Shown here in pieces: positions 55,219 to 64,000 of a DNA stretch of 64,000 nucleotides. This DNA is from Thermoplasmata archaeon. Lineage in GTDB: Archaea > Thermoplasmatota > Thermoplasmata > RBG-16-68-12 > JAFNFQ01. The translations under genes were made by a program, and so were the position numbers. The stretch spans positions 64,001 to 128,000 of the forward strand of contig JBGPQV010000005.1 in NCBI GenBank assembly GCA_041489255.1, written 5' to 3'. Numbering within the stretch: the stretch's first letter is position 1; each line of letters begins with the position of its first letter. The notes under the pieces were generated by a model. The model saw only the letters and a program-made list of their open reading frames with translations, ran no database searches and was not told the DNA's origin.

Positions 55219-56125
55219 TGAAGTCACAAGGTGCCCCGAGTGCAACAGCACGCACCTGAGGTTCGACTACGAAAGAGGCGAGCTGGTCTGCGACGAGTGC
55301 GGTCTCGTCATTTCCGACCAGATGATCGACCAGGGCCCGGAGTGGCGGGCGTTCGACATGGAGCAGGGTGAGAAGAGGGCGCGCACCGGCGCGCCGATGA
55401 CCTACACGATTCACGACAAGGGCCTTTCCACGACGATAGGCTGGAAGAACAAGGACTCCTACGGCAAGAGCATCCCGACGAGGAGCCGCGCGCAGCTGTA
55501 CCGCCTGAGGAAGTGGCAGCGCAGGATCAGGGTGAGCAACGCGGCTGAGAGGAACCTTGCGTTCGCCCTCAGCGAGCTCGACCGCATGGCGAGCGGCATG
55601 GGCCTGCCGAGGAATGTGCGGGAGGCGGCCGCCATGATCTACCGCAAGGCGGTGAACAAGAACCTCATCCGGGGAAGGTCGATCGAGGGTGTCGTCGCCG
55701 CCAGCCTCTATGCGGCTTGCAGGCAGTGCAACGTCCCGAGGACCCTCGACGAGATTGCGGGAAGCAGCCGCGTCGGGAGGAAGGAGATAGGCAGGACCTA
55801 CAGGTTCATGACGCGCGAGCTGAAGCTGAAGCTCATGCCGACCCGCCCCCAGGACTACGTCTCACGGTTCTGTTCCGAGCTCAAGCTGAGCGGTGAGGTG
55901 CATTCGAAGGCCATCGAGATCCTCAAGGATGCGGCAGACAAGGAGCTCACCTCGGGCAGGGGACCGACCGGCGTGGCGGCAGCCGCCATATACGTCGCGT
56001 CGATCATGGCGAACGAGCGCAGGACGCAGCGCGAGGTCGCTGATGTGGCGGGAGTGACCGAGGTCACCATCAGGAACAGGTACAAGGAGCTCACCGAAAA
56101 GCTCGGCATAAAGATCGAACTCTAG
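55184..56125 (+). CDS. tfb: Transcription initiation factor IIB
   Basis: CPECNS...[43 protein letters not shown]. Confidence 0.98.
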   Translation: MPKNPRKVEEADEVTRCPECNSTHLRFDYERGELVCDECGLVISDQMIDQGPEWRAFDMEQGEKRARTGAPMTYTIHDKGLSTTIGWKNKDSYGKSIPTRSRAQLYRLRKWQRRIRVSNAAERNLAFALSELDRMASGMGLPRNVREAAAMIYRKAVNKNLIRGRSIEGVVAASLYAACRQCNVPRTLDEIAGSSRVGRKEIGRTYRFMTRELKLKLMPTRPQDYVSRFCSELKLSGEVHSKAIEILKDAADKELTSGRGPTGVAAAAIYVASIMANERRTQREVADVAGVTEVTIRNRYKELTEKLGIKIEL

Positions 56126-56182
56126 ACTGGTGATTGCGAGCACCGTCGACTTCAAACACAGCGCGAGCATTTCGTGGCGGGA

Positions 56183-57754
56183 ATGAGCGACTCGGTCGAT
56201 GCGAACCTGGTCTTCGTGAATGCCCTCCTCTGGAGCCCTGGCTTTGAGAAGCCGAGACGCGGAGCGATCGCTGTCGGCGGCGGGAGGATTGTGCGGGTTG
56301 GCAGCGACGCGAGGTGCGAGGCTGAAGCCGCCAAGAACGCGAGGGTAATCAACGTCCACGGACACCTCATCCTGCCCGGTTTCATCGATGCCCATGCTCA
56401 CCTGCTCCACACCGGCCCGCGCATGGAGTGGCTGCAGCTCCAAGGCATCTCGTCGATGGCAGGCGTGCAGGTTGTGGTGGCCCGGAAGGCCCGCGAGACG
56501 AAGGGGCGAGTCTGGATTCTAGGTCGCGGCTGGGACGAGAGCACTTGGCCCGAGCGCAGGTACCCGACCAGGCACGACCTCGACGAGGCGGCGGGCGACA
56601 AGCCGGTCCTGCTGCGGCGGGTGGACGGCCACATGTGTGTCGTCAACACCGCTGCCCTTAGAATCCTGCGGATGCCCAAGAACACCCCGGGCCTGGAAGT
56701 CGACGCCGCAGGTCAGCCGACAGGCATCCTGAAGGAGGCCGCTGCGGAGTTGGCGGGAGAGAGGGCAAAGCCAACAATCGCCCAGCTCGTGAATTCGTTT
56801 CCAAGGATGCTGCGTCTGGCGCACAGCCTCGGAATATCCTCGATCCACGACGTCGTCGACGAGCGTGGCCTTCAGGCGTACGAGAGACTCGCCAAACGAT
56901 GCGACCTCGGTCTGAGAGTCTCGGTGATGCCAGAAATCGATCTACTTCCTTTGATGAAGACGCGAAAAGGGAAATCCGGATTCGACGGAGAATGGTTGAG
57001 ACTCGGGGCCCTGAAGGCCTATTCCGACGGCTCGCTCGGCGCGAGGACGGCGGCACTGCACGAACCCTATGCAGATGCCCTCACCGAGAGAGGGCAGCTA
57101 ATGTACAGCGGCGGGAAGCTGGAGACGGTCGTGGGGAGGGCGGTGCGCTCCGGGTTCCAGCTGGCGATCCACGCAATCGGCGACAGGGCGATTGACGCGG
57201 TAATAGATGCTTATGAAGCTGCCCTCGGAGAGGAACCCGAGAATAATCGCCGCCATAGGATCGAGCACTTTGAGCTACCGAGCGAGGAAGCGCTCGAGAG
57301 GTGCAGGAGCCTCGGCATCGTCCCGGTGATGCAGCCGAACTTCGTGGTGAACTGGAGCCAGCCTGGCGGATTGTACGATGCGCGACTGGGCCCGGAGAGG
57401 ACTCGGCGCAACAACCCGCACAGACTCATCCTCAAGAAAGGACTCCGGCTCGCGTTCGGCTCCGACGGCATGCCGTACGGGCCTCTCCTCGGTCTGCATG
57501 GGGCAGTGACCCCGCCACATCCGGGTCAGCGCATCTCGCTCCAAGAAGCGCTTGAGGCCTACACGCTTGCAGGTGCATTCGCGTCTTTCGATGAAAAGGA
57601 GAAGGGCAGCTTGGCTGAGGGGAGGCTCGCGGACCTCGCGGTCGTCGACGGGGCGTGGGATGGCGGTGGGCGCAACCTCTCGCACTGGATGATCGCCACC
57701 ACGATCGTCGGCGGGAGAATCGTATACAGGAGTCCCGCCATCGCGCGCGAATGA
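56183..57754 (+). CDS. Amidohydrolase 3 family (YtcJ-like) metal-dependent hydrolase
   Basis: PGFIDAHAH, DGH, DGSLGARTA, HAIGD, RHRIEH, GSD, ADLAV. Confidence 0.92.
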   Translation: MSDSVDANLVFVNALLWSPGFEKPRRGAIAVGGGRIVRVGSDARCEAEAAKNARVINVHGHLILPGFIDAHAHLLHTGPRMEWLQLQGISSMAGVQVVVARKARETKGRVWILGRGWDESTWPERRYPTRHDLDEAAGDKPVLLRRVDGHMCVVNTAALRILRMPKNTPGLEVDAAGQPTGILKEAAAELAGERAKPTIAQLVNSFPRMLRLAHSLGISSIHDVVDERGLQAYERLAKRCDLGLRVSVMPEIDLLPLMKTRKGKSGFDGEWLRLGALKAYSDGSLGARTAALHEPYADALTERGQLMYSGGKLETVVGRAVRSGFQLAIHAIGDRAIDAVIDAYEAALGEEPENNRRHRIEHFELPSEEALERCRSLGIVPVMQPNFVVNWSQPGGLYDARLGPERTRRNNPHRLILKKGLRLAFGSDGMPYGPLLGLHGAVTPPHPGQRISLQEALEAYTLAGAFASFDEKEKGSLAEGRLADLAVVDGAWDGGGRNLSHWMIATTIVGGRIVYRSPAIARE

Positions 57755-57766
57755 GCGATTCGGCAG

Positions 57767-58819
57767 CTAAGGTCTGACCCTCTGGAGTTTCAGGTATGTA
57801 ATCTTCTCGCCCGCCTCGCCGAAGAGTATCTCCTTCTTGACCCCGTGAGCGAGGCGCACAGCCCTGCTGATCTCGGGCCACATCCCCCTGAACTCCGCGG
57901 GGAACGCGTGGATTAGGTACTTCGCGTGGTGCTTCTCCGGATCGCCCTCGTACGCCCTGAAGTGCGAGCCGTACTTGAAGCCGGTCTTTACGACTATCCC
58001 CCTCTCCCTGAGGTTCTCGTATGTGCGGAGCCTCAGGTCGAAGTCGGGCTGGATCCTCCGCGCCTTCCTGAGCACGCTCTCGAGCGTCAGCATCCTCCCC
58101 GACTTGGCGTTCCTAACGGCGAACGACCCGCCCTTCATGATGTAGACTGTCTCGATGAGCGAGAGATGGAGTCGACGCCCGACCATCTTGCCGTAGAAGC
58201 CCTCCTCGTACAGGGCTTGGGCTTGCTGCCCGTCCACGACGGTCGCCCTGTCCTCGGTGAGGAACGCCTCGATCCTCCCGCCATGGCTGGCGCGCTGCCA
58301 CTTCCCCCTGGGGAACGCTTCCTTGACACCGTAGTAGGTGAGGTCGCTCTCTTCGTCCACGACCGCCAGTAGCAGCTTCTTCCTCAGGGATGAGACCTTC
58401 CTCTGCTGGTGGATCAGCGCCTCCATGTCGAACACCGCGCGCTCGGAGATTGCCGCCACCCAGAACAGGCTCGGCGTCTTCTTCGGACCACCGCCGCGGG
58501 GATAGACCATGAAATCGAGCGGCTCGCGGTTCTCCTTCACCACATAGCCACGTTGTCTGAGGTCGCGAAAGACCACGTAGCTGATGACGAAGTTCGGATA
58601 TGCGGCGTTCGCCGCCCTGAGCAGTCGCTCGTGGCTCACCGGCTTGCCGCGCGAAGTCAATTGCAGCCTGTCTCCTTCTGCCAAATAAAGCGCTTCGAGC
58701 AAGGTCAGCTTCAGACCGCCACCGGAGATAGGACTGCCGTAGTAACCGCGGTTGTAGATCTGACTCGCCTCTGTCTCGTCGGCGACTAGGACGGAATCTC
58801 CCTGCAGTTCCCCGGACAT
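57767..58819 (-). CDS. endA: tRNA-splicing (intron) endonuclease, tandem-repeat alpha2 type
   Basis: Start ATG 58819; two L.L.EALYL units; KTGFKYGSHFRAY...H...RLAHGVKK catalytic unit. Confidence 0.93.
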   Translation of the reverse strand: MSGELQGDSVLVADETEASQIYNRGYYGSPISGGGLKLTLLEALYLAEGDRLQLTSRGKPVSHERLLRAANAAYPNFVISYVVFRDLRQRGYVVKENREPLDFMVYPRGGGPKKTPSLFWVAAISERAVFDMEALIHQQRKVSSLRKKLLLAVVDEESDLTYYGVKEAFPRGKWQRASHGGRIEAFLTEDRATVVDGQQAQALYEEGFYGKMVGRRLHLSLIETVYIMKGGSFAVRNAKSGRMLTLESVLRKARRIQPDFDLRLRTYENLRERGIVVKTGFKYGSHFRAYEGDPEKHHAKYLIHAFPAEFRGMWPEISRAVRLAHGVKKEILFGEAGEKITYLKLQRVRP

Positions 58820-58939
58820 CGTGTCGATGGTCTGATATGCGCCCCGCGTATTAGCCTTGCTTTGGCGGGTTTTCCGCAATCCTCCATCCATGTACTGACC
58901 AAAACCCCTTAAATAGAAGCGCTTCCATGGTCTCATCTG

Positions 58940-59881
58940 TTGAACCGCGAACAGCTCATAAACGAGATCAGGGACCTGCTGGCGAAGACCGGCTTCTACC
59001 TCTCCGACAAGGCGAACACGAGGGGGATGAGCTTCGACATCATCGCAAGGAGAGACCAGAACCTCCTGCTGATCAAGGTTCTCGCGAACGTCGATGCGTT
59101 CACCGAGACGAACGCCGGGGAGCTCAAGCTGATCGCGAGGACGCTCGACGGCTCGCCGATTCTGGTCGGGCAAAGGAGCGGCGGCGGGCGCCTCGAGGAG
59201 GGCGTGATATACAGCCGGTTCGGGGTCCCGATACTCTCCAAGGAAACGTTTGTCGACTTCTTCGCCGAGGGAGTCCCGCCATTCGTCTTCGCGGCGCCAG
59301 GCGGCCTCTATGTCCGCCTCGACGGCGACCTGCTCAGGAAGCTGAGGGACACCAAGAACATCTCTCTCGGCACGCTCGCCGAAGTGGCCGGCGTTTCGCG
59401 AAGGACCGTCCAGATGTACCTGGAGGGGATGAGCGCGACGATAGACATCGCCCTCCGCCTCGAGGAGTTCTTCGGCGAGCCTCTGGTGATCCCCGTGGAT
59501 CCTTTCGCCTACACCAAGGACCTGGAACAGGCATTGGTCAGCTGGGACGAGTTCGACACATTCGAGAAGCACGTCTTCCAGAAGCTGCAGAACCTCGGAT
59601 TCGAGGTGCTGCCGACCCTCAGGTGCCCGTTCGAGGCGCTGACAGCCGACCGCGAGGCGATATACCTGACCGGGGTGAGGACGAAGAACGAGAATGTCGA
59701 GGAGAAGGTGGCGATGGTCAGCAACATCTCGAAGGTGGCGGAGAGAGACTCCGTGGTCTTCGTCGAGAAGAGCAGGCTCAGGGTGAGCATCAGGGGCACG
59801 CCAATAATCAACAAGGACGAGCTCAGGAAGATCAAGGAGCGAGAGGAGATCCAGGACCTGATCGAGGAGCGCAAGAAGTGA
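58940..59881 (+). CDS. Archaeal HTH transcriptional regulator (COG1395-like)
   Basis: SFDIIARR, LIKVLANVD, APGGLYV, SLGTLAEVAGVSRRTVQMY HTH, PFEAL. Confidence 0.88.
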   Translation: MNREQLINEIRDLLAKTGFYLSDKANTRGMSFDIIARRDQNLLLIKVLANVDAFTETNAGELKLIARTLDGSPILVGQRSGGGRLEEGVIYSRFGVPILSKETFVDFFAEGVPPFVFAAPGGLYVRLDGDLLRKLRDTKNISLGTLAEVAGVSRRTVQMYLEGMSATIDIALRLEEFFGEPLVIPVDPFAYTKDLEQALVSWDEFDTFEKHVFQKLQNLGFEVLPTLRCPFEALTADREAIYLTGVRTKNENVEEKVAMVSNISKVAERDSVVFVEKSRLRVSIRGTPIINKDELRKIKEREEIQDLIEERKK

Positions 59882-59882
59882 C

Positions 59883-60512
59883 ATGGACGTCATCGACTGG
59901 CCGACCGGCCACCGCGTGTTCCTGCTGCCGGTGATTCGTGGCCTTGAGTCCGAGAGAATGAAAGTGGGGAAAGCCCTCCAGGAATGTTCGCCCAAGATGA
60001 TTGCAATCTCGGTCTCGCCCGAAGAACTCGACGGATTGTGCAAGTTCGAAGGAGGCGAGGTCGAAGCGTCGAACTTCGAGGAGGAAATCTATATGGAAAG
60101 ACTCGCGGCATTCGGAGAGGTCAGCAAGCCCCCGCCATGTTTCCTCGAAGCGCGGGACCAGGCAAAGGAGAGGGGCCTGAAGCTCGAAGCTCTCGATCTG
60201 AACAACGAGGACTTCACCGAGGCCTATGTGACGAACGTCAGCACAGTGGAGATGATGACGCAATCGTGGATAGCGAACAAGCTCCAAGGCCCGAGCCTCG
60301 AAGCGGGGACGCCCGAGGAATTCGTCCTGAAGTTCGACTGTGCGGTGAACCGCAAGGATGGGTTCAAGCGGCTTGAGCAGGCCAGGGAGAAGCACATGGC
60401 GAAGCGACTGGTCAGGCTGATGGAAGAGTCGAAGGACACGCTTGCCCTGATCGAACTGGAGCGCCTGGAAGGGGTGAGGCGGGCGCTGGCTCCCGCCTAC
60501 CTACCCCTGTGA
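59883..60512 (+). CDS. Conserved hypothetical protein (TraB-like fold possible)
   Basis: Coupled to the upstream gene; protein-like composition; RE.HMAKRL...IELER.EG. Confidence 0.7.
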   Translation: MDVIDWPTGHRVFLLPVIRGLESERMKVGKALQECSPKMIAISVSPEELDGLCKFEGGEVEASNFEEEIYMERLAAFGEVSKPPPCFLEARDQAKERGLKLEALDLNNEDFTEAYVTNVSTVEMMTQSWIANKLQGPSLEAGTPEEFVLKFDCAVNRKDGFKRLEQAREKHMAKRLVRLMEESKDTLALIELERLEGVRRALAPAYLPL

Positions 60513-63500
60513 TTCGCGTTGCTCGCGTCTCCCAAATCGATTGCCCAGATTGGCACACCGACGAGGAATCCTGGAACGTTCGGGTTGACCCAGTTGCCCG
60601 CGTTGTTTCTGTAGTAGACGACGTGGCCGATGTTGGTTCCACCTGTAGTCACGACAATGTCGTCGTCACCGTCGCCGTCGATATCTCCCGCGGCCAATGC
60701 CTTCGTGGCTTCGCCGCCGGGTGTGGTGAGCGTCTTGATGAGGGTGCCTGTAGTTCCGAATCCTGTATAGATGTACACGGAAGTCCCTGTGGAGGTGACG
60801 ACCTCGAGTCCTGTTTTCGTGAGGTAGCAGTCTGCGAGCTTCACGCCTGTGATGCTGCCTCCGGGGGATGCGAACTTCTGCGATGGCGGAATAAGGCCCC
60901 CTGCGCTACCCATCAGTTTGTAGACATTGCCGGCTGACGTCCCGACCACGAGGTCGTCAAAGGTATCGGTCGGACCGCTGTTCTGGTTCCCCGCATCGAG
61001 CACCATCCCGTTGGCGCCGTCATCCAGGTTGATATCGATTCCAGTGACTCCGCCGGGTGTTTGGACCGTGATATTCAAGACGTTCACATAGAGGTCGTCC
61101 AGATTGATGTTGTTGATAGTTCGATCTGTGTCAACGACTTTGATCCATATGCTCTGGCCGCCGAGGTTCGGGAGGACGTAGCTGAAGGTCGTGTCTGGCG
61201 CAGGCTGGCTCACGGTGATTGTAGGTCCGATATATGGTCCGGACTGTCCGGATGTCGAGTAGTAGAATGCGAAATTGTCCGCCTCAGCATTATTTGGCCT
61301 ATAGCCTACCACATAAAGCGTGTATGAGCTGCCCGGTCTGTTCGGCAGTGTCTGCAGCTTCCAGTAGTGTTCCAGCGCGCTTCGCTCGCCTGCCGGAATG
61401 ACAGTCTCGATGTACATGTAGTCTACGTATGTCCTGTCAGCCGTCTCTCCATTTGATTGAACGGTGTCGAGCACACGAATGTAGACATTGCCGCTAGTGC
61501 CCGATGGGAGGGTGTAAGAGTAGGAGTACCCCGTGTCGGAGGTGTTCGTGACAGTGAACATGTCAGTCCACGGACCACTTGTGGATGTGGCGTACTGGAA
61601 TTTGAAGTCGTCATTCGGATTGGAGCCGGACGACTTGTAGCCGTTCAATTTGACTTTGTGGGAGGAGCCAGCAGGTACGTTGAAGGTCCAGTAGGCCTGC
61701 AGGCAGTACTTGTTGGCTTGGCAGGTCCCTTCGAGGAGGGTCTCATATACGCTGTTGTCCGATCTGGTGTCGGTGTAGCTTCCGGAATCGATCGAGCCAT
61801 ATGTGAACGACGCTTCTTGGTTCGCCGTGTCATTGCTGTAGGTCGTGGGGAAATTCTTCTTCTCTTCTCTGAACTGCTCGTATGCTGAGTCCGAAGTGAA
61901 CGTCGATGTGTAATCCCCCGAGACAATCGAGCCATAGACAGTGTTCTCCTGAGTGGCCCTCCACCAGTCTGTCTGCTGGGTCGTGGTGAACTTGCCGTTC
62001 CCGTCTATGTTCGGGTACCATGTGACTTCCTTCGTGTTCCCATTTCTCGCTACAGCGATGTCCATGTCGTGGTCGCCGTCGAAATCACCCAGGTCGATCG
62101 AGTTGACTTGTCCGCTCCGCGAGATGTCCACGCTCACCTTCGTCCAGGAGCCGTCGTTCTTGTAGTACCAGACCTTGCCACTGGTCGAGCCGACGATAAT
62201 TTCAGGCGCCGTGTCCCTGTCAATGCTTCCGGTCACTATTGCGGTGATCAAATCGTTACCTGTATTCTCCAGAATGAACGGCGTCCAGACGGTATTGCCG
62301 CTCGTGTCCAAATCTCTCCTGAACAAGTACAGCCACGCGGTATTCTGGTCCTGCTTGAGACTTGCAGCGATGTCCAAGTCTCCATCCTGGTCGAAATCTA
62401 GATATTTGATCGCCACGCCCGCGATCCACTTGGTTGCATCGGACGGTCCACTAAGGATTCTGTACTTCGTCCATCTGTCCCAACTGTTGACATTCTCCAG
62501 GTAATAGCCTAGGTCATGGGTCCCCCATCGCGGATCCATTGTGTCGTCGTTCGCGATTGCGATGTCCAGCTGGTACTCTGGAGCGCGTATGGTGAGTTGG
62601 CTCTGCAAGGCGAGCGTGTACTCCTCGTCAGCGTCCCTGATGCTTATGACCCTCAGCGCATAGTTCTGAGTTCCTGGCACCCACGGATCCTGATTGACGA
62701 GGCTCAGGTTCAGAGCGAATCTGTAGGATATGCTGCCGTCGTGCTTCTCCACCGCCAGCAAGCCAGCGGTGCACGCGCCAGTCACGGGGCAAATCGGCTC
62801 GTTGACGTTCTTCCCGCTCAGCGGCGCCTTCCACACCTGTGTCCCGCCCAGGTAGTCCTGGATTACAATATTCCCCATGTAGTAGGTCGTATCCACAGTC
62901 TTCATCGTGACGCGGACGTACACGACGTCTGTGCTGTTGAATGTGTTCGACTTTTGAGTGAACCCTGAATCCTTGAACGTCTCCAGCATGGGGTACAGTC
63001 TCATGTTGCCGTTATTGTCGGTGATGTTTATCGTGTCAGTAGTGTGGAACTTGTTTGGCTGCGGGGTGACGTCGTCCCACAGCGTGATCTCCAGCGGGTA
63101 CCTTCCGAAAAAGTAGTACGGCGGGTGGGTCGGGTTGTTCAGGAAGTAGTTGATGCCGACGGACGACGCATTGTTCAGCTCGAACCTGTAGGTGAATACG
63201 TTGTAACCGTTGACGTAGTCATAGTAGGTGAATGCCGCAGTATTCGACGCCTGCGTGTCGGCGGTCGGAACCTTGATCGTGCCGTACACAACATATTCCG
63301 GAGGGAGGTTCGAGAACGGATCATACATGAAGAACTCATCATGCGCACCCTTAGAGTTCCTCAGCAGCGCGCTTGCGACGACTACGACGACGGTCTCTTT
63401 CTCTTTGAAGGTCCTTGTCTCGTTCGCGGCGTAGTCATTGTTATCCCATTCGGTCGCGTTGAAGATGTTGTACCCCTGCAGCCCATTATAGTTCAGGTTC

Positions 63501-64000
63501 GGCGGAGCACCCGAGCCCGGCCTTTTGCCGGGCGTGGTCCCTCCGCCGGCAGGTCCCTGAACGACCGTCAGTGTCATGCGTGCAGTCGTCTTGTGCCCTT
63601 GCATATCGGTCGCGTTGAATATCACGACCGAGCCGTCCCAGCTCATATTCACCGGCTTCAACCAGGAACCCGTCAGCGTGAAGATTCCATCATTCGCGAC
63701 CTGGTCTCCGCCGGTCCCGTTGTCCCTCATTTTCCAGGGCTGGTTTCTGAAGTCGGGGATGCCAAAGAGCGCTGCGAATGAGACGTAAACCGATTGCTTG
63801 TTGAGATCCCCGTCCGGATCGATGACGTTGGCATAAACATAGAATTGCACATTGGTCGCGGGCGGCTCGCGGATCGACGTCGTGGGATCCTTGTCCGCCC
63901 ATTTGTCCACGAACACAGGGGGATTCAATCCAGCCAGGCCCTGAAGCGTGGCCCGCCACAGGAGGACGCTCTTGCCGGTATCGACGATCATTACCTCGAC
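60497..64000 (-). CDS. Large surface/adhesin protein with choice-of-anchor-X-like and FG-GAP/VCBS repeats; 5' end outside the window
   Basis: Open frame to 64000; MRDNGTGGDQVANDGIFT; DFDQDGDLDIA, GDFDGDHDMDIAV, GDIDGDGDDDIVV; duplicated DNF.F.YSTS..GP module. Confidence 0.85.
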   Translation of the reverse strand, partial: VEVMIVDTGKSVLLWRATLQGLAGLNPPVFVDKWADKDPTTSIREPPATNVQFYVYANVIDPDGDLNKQSVYVSFAALFGIPDFRNQPWKMRDNGTGGDQVANDGIFTLTGSWLKPVNMSWDGSVVIFNATDMQGHKTTARMTLTVVQGPAGGGTTPGKRPGSGAPPNLNYNGLQGYNIFNATEWDNNDYAANETRTFKEKETVVVVVASALLRNSKGAHDEFFMYDPFSNLPPEYVVYGTIKVPTADTQASNTAAFTYYDYVNGYNVFTYRFELNNASSVGINYFLNNPTHPPYYFFGRYPLEITLWDDVTPQPNKFHTTDTINITDNNGNMRLYPMLETFKDSGFTQKSNTFNSTDVVYVRVTMKTVDTTYYMGNIVIQDYLGGTQVWKAPLSGKNVNEPICPVTGACTAGLLAVEKHDGSISYRFALNLSLVNQDPWVPGTQNYALRVISIRDADEEYTLALQSQLTIRAPEYQLDIAIANDDTMDPRWGTHDLGYYLENVNSWDRWTKYRILSGPSDATKWIAGVAIKYLDFDQDGDLDIAASLKQDQNTAWLYLFRRDLDTSGNTVWTPFILENTGNDLITAIVTGSIDRDTAPEIIVGSTSGKVWYYKNDGSWTKVSVDISRSGQVNSIDLGDFDGDHDMDIAVARNGNTKEVTWYPNIDGNGKFTTTQQTDWWRATQENTVYGSIVSGDYTSTFTSDSAYEQFREEKKNFPTTYSNDTANQEASFTYGSIDSGSYTDTRSDNSVYETLLEGTCQANKYCLQAYWTFNVPAGSSHKVKLNGYKSSGSNPNDDFKFQYATSTSGPWTDMFTVTNTSDTGYSYSYTLPSGTSGNVYIRVLDTVQSNGETADRTYVDYMYIETVIPAGERSALEHYWKLQTLPNRPGSSYTLYVVGYRPNNAEADNFAFYYSTSGQSGPYIGPTITVSQPAPDTTFSYVLPNLGGQSIWIKVVDTDRTINNINLDDLYVNVLNITVQTPGGVTGIDINLDDGANGMVLDAGNQNSGPTDTFDDLVVGTSAGNVYKLMGSAGGLIPPSQKFASPGGSITGVKLADCYLTKTGLEVVTSTGTSVYIYTGFGTTGTLIKTLTTPGGEATKALAAGDIDGDGDDDIVVTTGGTNIGHVVYYRNNAGNWVNPNVPGFLVGVPIWAIDLGDASNANHRGR

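Noticed and set aside
58820-60043. 758-aa extended EndA ORF
   Set aside because: The extension is the antisense shadow of the HTH regulator; EndA homology starts at ATG 58819

Overview
GC-rich archaeal chromosomal segment, most likely from a Thermoplasmata-like lineage. Markers are TFB-gar1, type II GAPDH, a homodimer-type tRNA-intron endonuclease, a CoaD-ITPase/XTPase fusion and TATA-box promoters. The first ~33 kb is an energy-conservation island. It has a minus-strand operon hdrC/D-like–etfB–etfA–membrane CCG oxidoreductase (EMO/HdrF-like)–hdrA–mvhD–mvhG–mvhA–protease–hypA (this HypA has no Zn finger). It also has a decaying second copy of the same divergent cassette, a plus-strand complex-I-like group 4 [NiFe]-hydrogenase operon with three antiporter modules (two fused), a CDF transporter, an EB_dh-type heme protein and ccmF. 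The rest is mostly housekeeping and peptide-fermentation genes: carAB, a panE-like reductase with 2-hydroxyacyl-CoA dehydratase and activator, AOR, a giant stalked peptide-binding protein, truA, trmJ, gap, tfb, endA and a large surface protein. The most striking unexplained structure is at 54.36-54.83 kb. Four co-oriented palindromes TGTGGATA-CT-TATCCACA (back-to-back bacterial DnaA-box-like 9-mers) sit on a ~90-bp lattice and bracket a 78-aa basic, likely DNA-binding protein whose start codon overlaps one site. No rRNA, tRNA, CRISPR or transposase was recognised. All calls come from reading the sequence; no database searches were run.
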